In this document: positions 1-11,500 of the stretch, in pieces
How the letters are laid out: each line of letters begins with the position of its first letter
Numbering within the stretch: the stretch's first letter is position 1
Source of the DNA: Lingula anatina
Lineage: Eukaryota; Animalia; Brachiopoda
Assembly: GCA_051362555.1 (NCBI GenBank)
Contig: CM120640.1
Location: 50,632,788-50,696,787, forward strand
Length of the DNA: 64,000 nucleotides
Reading direction: 5' to 3'
The notes under the pieces: generated by a model
The model's database searches: none
What the model was told of the DNA's origin: nothing
The model's input: only the letters and a program-made list of their open reading frames with translations
Translations under genes and position numbers: made by a program

Positions 1-41
1 CCTTTCTTGTACTGATTCACCTTCATTCTACCACCCTCATT

Positions 42-1681
42 CAGTGATTGCGAAAGCCGTCGGACCACGGCCATATGCCGGCAAAAGTTCTGTGGGCTGG
101 AAAACCCTTTTAACTCATCGGCCCACATGTCCGACGGACTAAAGTCAGTTTCTTTAACAGACACCTCGCCTCATATTTGAATTTATCGTAAAGCTCTAAG
201 TACGCACTATTCGCAAGTAAAACTTTAACTTGCGCCATACTGGCGCGTTTTGTAATAAAGGTCTACGTACATTATGATGTCGCTTGAAGTGTGCGTAGCA
301 ATGGTGTGAGGGCTGACATGTGACCCGTTTCACAAAAAAATGTATCGAAACTGAAACAACTACAGGTCAATGAAAAACGTACTGCTCAAGACTCTGAAAA
401 CAGGCCGCTCAAACTGCTTACGACTGGCCACGCGCGGACCTCTGAGAACACCTAACTACACGTGCTGGGTAAACAAGTATGGCTTCCGTCGGACTGCATG
501 TTGAGTAAACGATAAGTGAAAAGGAGAAATATTCATTTGCTTTTTAGACGGGTGCTCTTAACTAATTTTAACGGATATTTTAAGTCATATTGCGCCTTTA
601 GCGGTGCTATATGTCAAAATGAGGGACAACATCATTTTCCATGCGGAAAATCCGCAATGGTACAGTCTGGGTGCAAAACTATCCATTACAGTATATTCAT
701 CTAAACTTTAGTCTTAGATATTGAATAAAAATTCTTTTCAGACTCTGGCCCGTAGCCAGGGATGGTTCAGGGGTTTCGAAAGAACCGCCTCTTATGCTGA
801 CAAAAGGTCCACTCTTGGTAAAATTTGATCTAGGTACATGGCGTTTTTATGGAAAAAGACCCTCCCCCCCCTTTTAAAATTGCTGGCTACGGGCCTGCTA
901 TGAGAGCAATAGCTTTATTTTACAATAAAATGGGATTTGTCTACCTTTTCCATGTAGTGCAATTATTTGGCATAGTGCAATTATCAATTCTGAAGATTTT
1001 TCCATTAAGTACTGTACAATTTTTCAGACAGTATGTTTATTTTGGAAGATTTTTCCACACACTACAATTATTTAGGACTTCAGAGTAGTAGCATTAAGCC
1101 CTTTTTCATTGATTTTAATCATATAAAAAATATTGAAATACAATGAATTTTCTTTAAATAATTCACGGCACACATTTTTAAAAAATGGCACACTTTTTTT
1201 GACCAAGTGGGCCAAAATGGCCCGACCAGATTTTGACCCAGGACAATCCCTGCTAACAGACAAGCATTTTTCCAAGAGTGAAAATCTAAAAAACGTTACA
1301 AAAGTTGGAAGCTCCACTTCACTATGACTTATGTTTTTTCAAAAATTGGAATAAAATTTACAAAGGATACATGATCTTGTGTTAAAAGATTAGAAATTAA
1401 GATAGGCAACCCAGATGTAAAAAGGATAAAACTTAAATGCCAGAAAGCAACCAAAATGAAAGACGTTTAAACTTAAACCTTTAAACATCCTATTACATCT
1501 GGCCTGAAAATTAAAAAGCAACGATTTAAAATGCCAGACAATAATATTCATCAAAAATGAAGTGAAAATATACAGCTTGATTATTTTGTTGTGGGCCGGT
1601 AAAAAAAGGTGTGGGCCGACAAAATTTAATTTGCTCCAGCCCACATGTCTGGTAAGTTTTCAATCTCTTTCGCAATCACTG
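42..1681. mobile_element. Non-autonomous hAT-like DNA transposon (15-bp TIRs, apparent 6-bp TSD)
   Basis: Perfect inverted termini CAGTGATTGCGAAAG (42-56) and CTTTCGCAATCACTG (1667-1681); CTCATT flanks both ends (36-41, 1682-1687). GGCCC/GGGCC-rich subterminal motifs occur at both ends. No transposase ORF. Confidence 0.75.
745..897. mobile_element. Small MITE nested in the hAT-like element
   Basis: Inverted termini C(T/A)GGCCCGTAGCCAG at 745-759 and 883-897. No clear TSD. Confidence 0.55.
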
Positions 1682-1763
1682 CTCATTTGCATATGAGATC
1701 ACATAAGATGCACAAAGGTTAGTCCCAGCTAACACTGGCTGAACATAAATAGGTCAGACATAG

Positions 1764-2552
1764 TTGTGTTGGCATAAGTGCTCTGAGCATGTGCAAGATG
1801 TGGATTGTGATGCTCAAATAGACACTTTAACACAAGCAGTCTCTACAATTCTGCCTGTGGTTCAGCAAATAAGCGCCAATATGACAGGGAATGACTCAAC
1901 TAACGAAGAAGGAGATAATGTTGAGGATGATTTTGCCACAGAGGAACCTACCAGTGCGGCCGTCACTGTGCCAGCTGACACAGAAAATTTGCTGGCTTTA
2001 CTCACGCAGTCGCTCAAAGCCAAGGAGACATGTGGCCAAGCTAACGACACAGAGCTGGCTGAGAAGATTAACAGTATTATGTCGACCGGGATTTCAGAAC
2101 AGCGGCTCACAGAAGTGAAGGACAAGTTTCTACATCTGGAAAATTGCCAGTATCTAGAAGTACCAAAATGCCAGCCAGAGGTTTGGACAAGTGACGGGGA
2201 TGCTATGAGGAGTAAAGATCTAAAATTACTGCAAGTACAGTCCCTCCTCATTAAAGCTGTTACAGTGGCATGAATGTTAAATTTAATCTCGCACCTGTCC
2301 AGGATTTTGCACCTATATGATCTGTAGACCAGAAAGAGTTCATTATAATTGACAGGGAAATAGGCAAATTGTTATCTAAAGGAGTCATAACTCATTGCCA
2401 GAAGAGGGACAATTTATCTCTACTATTTTTACCCGTCCTAAGAAAAATGGAAAAGTTAGAATCATTTTGAATCTTAACACATTGAATGAATTTGTCACTT
2501 ACCACCATTTTAAAATGGACACCCTCCAGTCCTGTTTAAATATGATGCAACC
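1764..2552 (+). mobile_element. DIRS1-type retrotransposon fragment (gag-like ORF plus reverse transcriptase N-terminus, internally deleted)
   Basis: ORF 1764-2273 has ENCQYLEVPKCQPEVW...RSKDLKLLQVQSLLIKA, resembling DIRS1 gag. 2395-2550 encodes EGQFISTIFTRPKKNGKVRIILNLNTLNEFVTYHHFKMDTL, the DIRS1-type RT signature. Confidence 0.8.
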
Positions 2553-2604
2553 TGATAGAGCTGAGCATGAAGAAGCGCTCCAGGACATATTGGCTCAGCG
2601 GGAG

Positions 2605-5600
2605 TATTAAGTATATTCAAGAAAAGGTAAGGTTAACTTACTATGATGGTCATTATGGAAAGACCACCAATCCCAAGAATCCACACAATGGACCATCAGC
2701 CCACCACCTCTCCCTCTGTGACAGAAGATCCAGAGCCCGGACACGCAGATCCGACACCCAGCACTAGTTCAGGTAGCTCTGGCAATCAAGCTTTATTGGG
2801 TTCAGGGGACCCATTGCTTTCACTACTGAATTCTGGGGAATATCAGGTTATAACGGTGAACCCAGACGGAACATTCAACTGAGCATCTTCACCCACCCTT
2901 CTTCACTGGCAAACTAACCAGTTGGGTTCAGGGGACTCAACCCTGGCAGCATCTACAGATACGGCCTATCAATCATTAACTCACCACCTCTCCCAGACAA
3001 CCATCACTAAAATTCAAGAAGACCAGTATGTTGATCTCAAAGGCCTTATACCACACACCTCCAATACCCTGCTCCCAAGAGACAAACAGGAGACCTCCCC
3101 CCCCCCCCCCCCCCCCCAATTTTCGGTAATACCCCAGTTTGATCTGGCAGCCCCCTTGGTCAATCTCAATCTCGATTTTAGAAACTTAGCAATCGATCCT
3201 AGGTATCGTTTTACCAATGGGGCTATCTTCTTCCTGCCAAACATTCGAGATATTTTCCACAGCACTGGAATGGATAGCCAAAAACAAGTGCAATATACCA
3301 CATATTATACACTTACTGGACGATTTCCTGATTGCTGCCCTAACAGAAGTCGAATGTCAGAACTCTCTTGCAAAATTTTGTGCCTTATGTAAACACATTG
3401 GTGTCCCTTTAGTGTCCGAAATAAACCACAGTCCCCATGACTACCATCTCCTTTGCAGGCATTGAATTAGACAAGAAGCAAGGCTACCACCTGAAAAAAA
3501 TAGAGGGCTGTCTCAATCTCATTCAAACCCATCTATCTAAAAAGAAAATAACCCTCCAAGACCTAGAGTCCATCACATGCCTTATTAATTTTTGTTGTTT
3601 CGTAATCCCAGTGGGTAGAGCATTTTTGCGACACTTAATCAACCTCACAATAGGCATTTCCAAACTCTTCTAAAGAATACGCCTCAACAATGAATCCCAC
3701 TCCCATCTATTTACCTGGCAAAAATTTCTTACAAATTCTAATGGTAAAGGGTTTTTCCATGAAGAAGGGTGGAGTATTTTCACCAATGCATCGAAAAGCT
3801 GTGGATTTGGTGCCATTTACAATGACAAGTGGTTCTATGGACAATGAAAAGATAATAAAGAGCAGTCACACATTTCACTTTTAGAACTGTATCCAATCGT
3901 GACATCAGATTTAATTTGCCAGGATAACCTGGAAAACAAAAAGCTAACAATATGGTCTGATAACGAGGCTCTCATATACATTTTAAACAATGCACTTCAA
4001 AGACCAACACATTATGATCCTTGTAAGGAAATTAGTTTTGACCTGCCTCAACAAAAATACTCACTTTAGAAGTTTAGAGCACTTCACATTCCTGGATCTC
4101 TCCATGCGGCAGCTGGTGCCTTCCCGATTTGAATTACAGAGATTCCACAAGTCAACACTGCTTGCTGCACAGGAGCCAACACCAGTACCACAAGAATGGC
4201 AGCTCAGCAACCTGTTGAAACCTGTAGTCGTTTGGGTACAGGGGACCCAATCTGCGACGAGTCAACTTTCCATTGATCTCAAGAACCAAGCTGCCAATCG
4301 CCTCATGGCTGACCTAAAGAAAACCATGGAGGCAGCACTCACTCCAAGCACGTGCCACTTACGAGAAAATAGAATCCCATTTACAAGAGTTCTACGAACT
4401 GACAGGCACTTCAGCTTTTCCCAACAATCCATCTGTAACAGCACTGTTCTTCCAGTTTCTAAGCGAAAGATATAAAACAAGTTCTCTAAAAACATTCAAA
4501 TCCACCTTGAGCTAAAAATACAAAATGAAGCATCTCGACGACCCACTTCTTTTTTGTCAAGCAAGCACTAAAAGGCTTAGAAAAGCAAGAAGAATCTAAT
4601 GCCACAGCACCTCCACCTGAACACAGAGCTACGATCACCGTTCTGATGCTACAAGCCTCGATGCTAGCCATCCACTCTATTTTACGATCCAGTTATGAAA
4701 TCACACTCTTCTCCACGATGTTCTTTGCTGCCTTCTATGGATTACTACGACTAGGCGAATATACAACAGGTGACTCTCAGCACACTTTACTGGTGCAGAA
4801 CGTGACAATCAATTCCCCCTGAGGGCTGGGCACTTCTGTCCCCACATTTAAACATTCCAAGTCAACCTCAGTGAACAAAGTGCTTCTTAATAAACAAAAC
4901 TCACCAACGTGCCCAGTAACAATGCTAGCAAATTATCAAAGAATCTGTCCAAACATGCAAAATGGATATTTCTACCTCCACGAGACCAGAACACTTCTCC
5001 TGTACACAGACGTGAGTTCTGTAGATTTCAGAATATGTGCACTCAAGCTGCTCAACTCTCGCATCTAAACATCAAGCCACATAGCTTTCGCATTGGATGA
5101 ACTACTTTAGCCGCCCAGTGCAGTCTTTCTGACCAACAGCTTAGGGACATTGGAAGGTGGAATTCAGATGCCTTCAAACAATATTTTAGATACTAACTGC
5201 TATGCAGCATATAATATGGGTATCATTATCTTATGTATACAAAACATGTAGATGAACAGACTATGCTTAAATTCCTGGATACATCAGGTGAATTATCAGC
5301 TTTAATTCTATGAAAGGCAGTATTAAGAACATGTTTTAAAATAAGCAAAAATTAGTGCCAAATCAAATGATACAAATATAATCTTTGATAACAAATGCAA
5401 AAACCGTCAACATGTCAGCATAGACTTTTCCTTACAAGCATTCTACAAAATGTTTACACTAATAAAAGTGCTTAGTAAGAACACAAACACAATTGTAGTC
5501 TTCCTATAATCTCGGATTTTTTTGGGTGGGGGTATAAACCTTTCTACAAGGTTTATTATGGCGCTTTTTCTCCCCACTTTTTATGGTTTAAGGAAATGAC

Positions 5601-6155
5601 ACCACATTACACAACAGAAATCAATTATTTTACCTATTAGTTTAAAAAATATAAAGGAGTTATTCATCTCTGGTAAACTGTGGCTCATAAGTGTTATAAA
5701 CTGACATATACACCCGACAGTGGCTCCTCCTACTACACCAGAATAGACCAATAACTTATGCATGTGCGTCACGTGACACAACGCGTAATGCGCGTGAGAA
5801 CACAAAACACCAGCAGATCGCTACTTTACAGAGAAGAGATAAGGTGGAGGGAGAAGTTTGTATGAAGCATCGCTCAGATGATATATTAAGTATATTCAAG
5901 AAAAGGTAAGGTGAACTTACTATGATCACTTTCTTTTACTCTCCTTCCCTCCCCATCTAACCCTCGACTCCAAATATTTTCCTACTATATTCAGCCATAT
6001 GTCTACATAATTGCGGTACTCACTTTGACAATGCTTTGGTGCTTTTTCTCCCCACCTTTTATGGTTAAAGGAAATGACACCACATTACACAATAGGAATC
6101 GATTATTTTACCTATTAGTTTAAAAAATATAAAGGTGTTATTCATCTCTGGTAAA
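2605..6155 (+). mobile_element. Decayed Ngaro-type tyrosine-recombinase retrotransposon with split direct repeats (A1-ORFs-B1-A2-B2)
   Basis: Gag-like remnants 2643-3096; RT MGLSSSCQTFEIFSTALEWI...IHLLDDFL (3217-3400); frameshifted RNase H (FTNASKSCGFGAIY..WFYGQ, LELYPIV, WSDNEAL; ~3770-3970); tyrosine recombinase ending PHSFRIG...IGRWNSDAFKQYFR (~5078-5196). Repeat A at 2605-2647 and 5884-5926 (42/43 identical); repeat B at 5560-5677 and 6038-6155. Confidence 0.85.
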
Positions 6156-6639
6156 GTGCATTTACCCAAACAAGGTTGGGAATTAGAACAATGGGTTAAC
6201 AACCATTGTATTAACACGAAATTGGAAGTGACTCCAAAGTCCCAAGAGTTGAAATATAACCATAAAACAGGGCAAAAAATCCCGCCTTTTTATTTTCCTC
6301 AAAAATCCGTAGCTGTTATAAATAGAAAATAAAGAACACAGCTTAAATAATAGAAGATTTATTAAACCTTTAAAATGACAAAAACACCATTTCTATCATA
6401 AGAATAGTGGGCCTCACTACCAAAGATGCTGAGGACAGAAGAGCATTCGGAACTCCTCGACAATTTCCGGCTATCTTCCGAACGCCTTGAAACTAGTCTC
6501 GGATGTATGACAGTAAAAAATGTCGCCTACGCACAACATATGTGATCAGGTCAAGAACCCGGATGGACGGCGCCGCATCACTAATGTATACCGCAATCAA
6601 AACAATATAGTTCCCCCAAAACACGTGGATCTAACAAAT

Positions 6640-6955
6640 ATGGCGTCATTCGACGAATGTATTGAATATGCACTATCTTCCTGCCCACTTTTTAAAGATC
6701 AAGACTTCAAACTACGTGAAAAACAACTGGAAACACTGAGGATATTGTTCGAAGGAAAAGACTGCGTGTCCATTTTACCAACTGGCTATGGGAAGAGCAT
6801 AATTTTTCAGTTGCTGCCTTGGTTTCTCCAACATAAACTCAAGAAAAAACAACCGATGATCATCTTGGTGGTTTCCCCACTAAACTCCCTAATACAAGAC
6901 CAGATTTCAAATTTGAGAAGAGTAGGCATAGCTGCGTGTACTATCAATATATCAG
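6640..6955 (+). pseudogene. Isolated first exon of a RecQ-like SF2 helicase, possibly from an AcademH-type transposon
   Basis: FKLREKQLETL (Q motif), LPTGYGKS (motif I), VVSPLNSLIQDQ (motif Ia), then a CAG|GTAGA donor at 6955/6956. No downstream DExH exon found. Confidence 0.65.
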
Positions 6956-8544
6956 GTAGATTCCCCTTCGTTTTCTTCCTCTTCTCTCACAGAATTTAAA
7001 TCACAATATAAATAACAAATAGGGTTATTATTGCTGCTCTTGATTTAATAACAACAACGATGAATATATAATTAAAATGAAGAAAGAATTTGTTAATAAT
7101 AGTAAGAATGTATAATTATTTATTATGCCTAAATAAACATGTCCTGTCAGGGCGCTGCCATGTTTATTATATTGGTATCTAGAGTAGTTTGCACTACTTC
7201 CAAAATGGCGACGTCTGTCATACGGCCGAGATATGATGACGCAGGAATCAATCGACGGTGAGCCGAGTGGACAGAAGAGGTCACACCAAAGACAGTCGTG
7301 GCACAAAGAGGAGGATACAGGATGCCCAGGAAGAGTGTCTGAGGGAAATCAGTGACAGCTTGAGGGCCAACATGCAGCTGCTAAAGGCCAACCGAAGCCA
7401 TGATAGCACACCAATGTGTATATTGGACAGATAGCAAAGAGGTTTATTGCAGGTTATGTCAGGTAGGTTGTCAAAAGCTCCCAAGTCTTTCTGGCAAACA
7501 GGGTTGTTTCAAATAATACAAAAGCCAACCCCCACAATGAGGCTTGAAGTCATATAATATCTAAAGTTCAAGAGTAATGAATGATATAGAGCTGTTACAA
7601 CTGATCAGTGGGTCTGTTTATTTTGATTATCTATTATTGAAATAAATTATACATCTGATTTAGAGCCAAAAATATTACAAGTTTTCCATATTGAGGTTTT
7701 AGCAGCAAGTTCTGAAAAATCAGAAAACAGATAAAGACCCTGTATTAACTAGTATTTAGACATAAAAGGATGCATTACAAAGTGGTTTACTATGTACTTT
7801 GTCTCTTACAATGTGTCTCTTTTAATGTGTAATTCTAGTGATTGCAGTATGACTCTATAATTTAAAGAGGCCAAACATTATAAACCATATCTATCCACAT
7901 AATCTAACCTACACTAAGATGAGATTTATGACCAGCAATATCCTCAAGGGCAGATGAAGCCTCCAATAAAAGGCTTAGGTTATAATGACCAGGATGGAAG
8001 CTGCATCTATTCTGCACTTTGCGGAGTCCCCCAGTTCCAGCTGCATATGTAAACATGAAGTTGGGTGGAACTTTTCTCTGATCCAGTGTGTATGTCCTGG
8101 AACTATAAATAAAGACCACCATCATTCATGAAAATATCATTAAACATAGAGCAGAGAAAGAGGAATATAACACATCTAAAGTATGCAACTTGAGGAAGGG
8201 CAGGGGATATAAGGAAGCATGGAAAATTTTATCAAATTCAATTTATTCTAAAAGGTCTGGTACACTTAAAAACAGAATGTGGTGGAAGTTAAACTGCTAC
8301 CACTGACCTAAATATCATCAGAGGCTTTCTTTTCCTTAAAACAAGGTTATAAATGTTATTGGGGTTTTATTTACTAAGACTACACAAATTGGCCTTTCAC
8401 TGAACAAGGTGCCTTTACAATCCAATAACATACAAAAACATTAAAGAGTGAGGCCTTATCCAGAAGCAAATATCCTACAGTTAAATTTAATATAATCCCA
8501 ACTAAACCTTAATTCACTGTGTGACACCAGTCTGTCTGCAAGCA

Positions 8545-11500
8545 TCAGGTTGGGTGATGTGAATGTTGCTGCTGCTGCAGATGTTCTTGAAATTGCATGG
8601 CTGCCTGAATCTGATCTCCAGAACAATATTCCTAAAATGTGGAAAAAAAGCAATCCGTACATCATTATCCATTACAACGTGTCATCCTTACTTTTTTTAC
8701 TATTCTGAGTGTGAGCTGACCATCCCAAAAATATCTTATGACTCTATTGTTTTGTTTATGCAAAATAATTTAAATAAAGACCTATATCTGGTGAATACCT
8801 GTAAGAAGACTATGGCCAAGTTCCCCAGTCTCGGGTTGGCAGACTTACTAAATCTGAGCATGCACTCTACCACTGGAAGACTGGCAACTTCTGGAACAAA
8901 ACATAAACCAGGGCAAGTTCTAATCTTTACGCCGGGATTTGATATACACATAAATATGACAAAATTGCATACATATATTACAAGTAATATATTTTAACCT
9001 CAAATAGGAATTTATAAGTCATAATAATGGGTAAGGTCTAATAAGCCATACATTCTCCTTTTAGCAAATAATTGTTTTAGGATGAAAGCTTTTCATGTAT
9101 CATTTGTTTAAAAAAAGGAAATGTTAGTTAATGTTTTAATAATTGCATGAATACGTAAATCATGATAATATATGTACAAGTGCTCCTTCAATAGGCCATG
9201 ATTATTTCAATTTAGTAATAAGTTACATATAATTACCTTCCCCGGATTCTTGAGTGAAGAGAAACATTAGGCATGTAATGGCAGATAGCACAGTTTCTTC
9301 ATTATCACTAAATAAAACAAGGCAGCAAAGCTGTCAAATGTACAGACAAAAAGCAGGAAATAACTATGCACAAAATAGGCTACTGTCAATTCAGATGCAA
9401 AAGTACATTATGTTAAACTGTAAATTCAACATCAAATTTTAATTATGCTCAACAGGTAATACCAATGAAAGTAAAATGTGTAACAAGCATAAGGCTTCAG
9501 GCCCATGAGAGTTCAAGTTCACACTTTGAAAATGTATAACTTCCAGAAAAAGAAGCCAATTAGACTGCTTTTCCAACTCAGGCTGCATGCCGATTTTCGA
9601 ACTTGACCTCCGTTTTAGTAAGATCGATTATTCCTGAGAGTTTCATGACAACAGGCCTATCGGTTTTCCTTGAAATGTGTTTACAGTGTTGCATATATGT
9701 TGAAAAGTGAAAGAAAAAAGCATAACTTCTACAATAATGGCCCGATCATCCTGATTTTCGAACTTGACCTGCGTTTTATGAATATTCATCAGCTCTTTAA
9801 ATATAAAGCCCAAAAGTAAAACTGCCTTCCACTTATCGTGTTTACAATGAGGTGCAAGGTGACGGTGACGGCGATGACGGCGACGACAGACGCAGGTGAT
9901 GGCAATATGTACAGACACATCTGTACATATTTACTGTACTGTTTGAGAACAGTAAGTGACATGGTTTTTCTTAAATGGTCATCATGGGAGCAGTGCCCAA
10001 AATAGGTTTTTTTCAAATTTTGATGCAATATTACATAATGTTTAACAGGATAATAACCATCAATTTTTAAGAATAAAATATTAGTATCATGGATATTCAG
10101 AAAATGTGACTAGCAAAGGTCTTCAGGCCCATGGAACTTCAAAGCCACAACTTGAAAATGCCAAAATGTAAACAAGACAGCACTGTTCTGAAATGGGTTT
10201 ATTTCCATTTTTAACAACTTTTAACATAAAACGAAATTAACAGTTTACTGCCATTTTTATATTATCAACTAAGAAAATTGATGAGATTGGAAAAATATCA
10301 ACAGAGCAGTGTTAAATATCCAATTTCTTCCATTCTGAGATTCTGAACATAGTGAATGATTCAATCTGACAAACTGCAATGATATGAGTTTATTTCCATT
10401 TTTGAAACTTTATTACACAATACACAATAACAAGTTTACCATCATTTTTACAAAATCAACTAACAATGTTGTAAAGATGCACGAAATGTCAAAAAAAACT
10501 TTTACATATCTTATTAATTAAATAATGAAACTGTTAACATGCCTAAGAATTGAATCTAAGGAAATGTAAAAAACAGCATAACTTCTAAAATAATGGCCCG
10601 ATTATGCTGATTTTTGAACTTAACCTGCGTTTTAGCAGGATTGACCACTCCTGTGAGTTTAATGACAATTGGCCTATCTGTTTTTCTTATATTGTGTTTA
10701 CAGTGTTGCATATATGCTGAAAAAAGAAAAAAAAGCATAACTACTAAAATAGTGGCCCGATCATGCCAATTTTTGAACTTGACCTGCATTTTAGTAAGAT
10801 CTATTTTTCCTGTGAGTTTCATGACAACAGGCCTATTGGTTTTTGTTGAAATGTGTTTACAGTGTTGCATATATGCTGAAAAGTGAAAAAACAGCATAAC
10901 TTCTACAATAATGGCCCGATCATGCTGATTTTCGAACTTGACCTGCATTTTATGAATATTCATCAGCTCTGTAAATATAAAGCCAAAAAGTAAAACTGCC
11001 TTCCACTTATCGTGTTTACAAGGAAAGTGCACGGCAACGACGGCGACGGCGACGACAGACGCAGGTGATGGCAATATGTACAGACACATCTATATATATT
11101 TACTGTACTGTTTGAGAACAGTAAGTGACATGGTTTTTCTTAAATGGTCATCATGGGAGCAGTGCCCAAAATAGGTTTTTTTCAAATTTTGATGCAATAT
11201 TACATAATGTTTAACAGCATGATGACCATCAATTTTTAAGAATAAAATATTAGTATCATGGATATTCAGAAAATGTGACTAGCAAAGGTCTTCAGGCCCA
11301 TGGAACTTCAAAGTCACAACTTGAAAATGCCAAAATGTAAACAAGACAGCACTGTTCTGAAATGTTTTTTTTCCCATTTTTAACAATTTTAAACATAAAA
11401 CAAAATTAACAGTTTACTGCCATTTTTATATTATCAACTAAGAAAATTGATGAGATGGGAAAAATATCAACAGAGCAGTGTTAAATGTCCAATTTCTTCC

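Noticed and set aside
1195-1252. GGACAATCCCTG, a possible additional hAT end
   Set aside because: No matching partner TIR or TSD found.
7177-7480. GC-richer island starting CAAAATGGCG, possibly a LINE 5' end or exon
   Set aside because: No sustained ORF, termini or recognisable motif.
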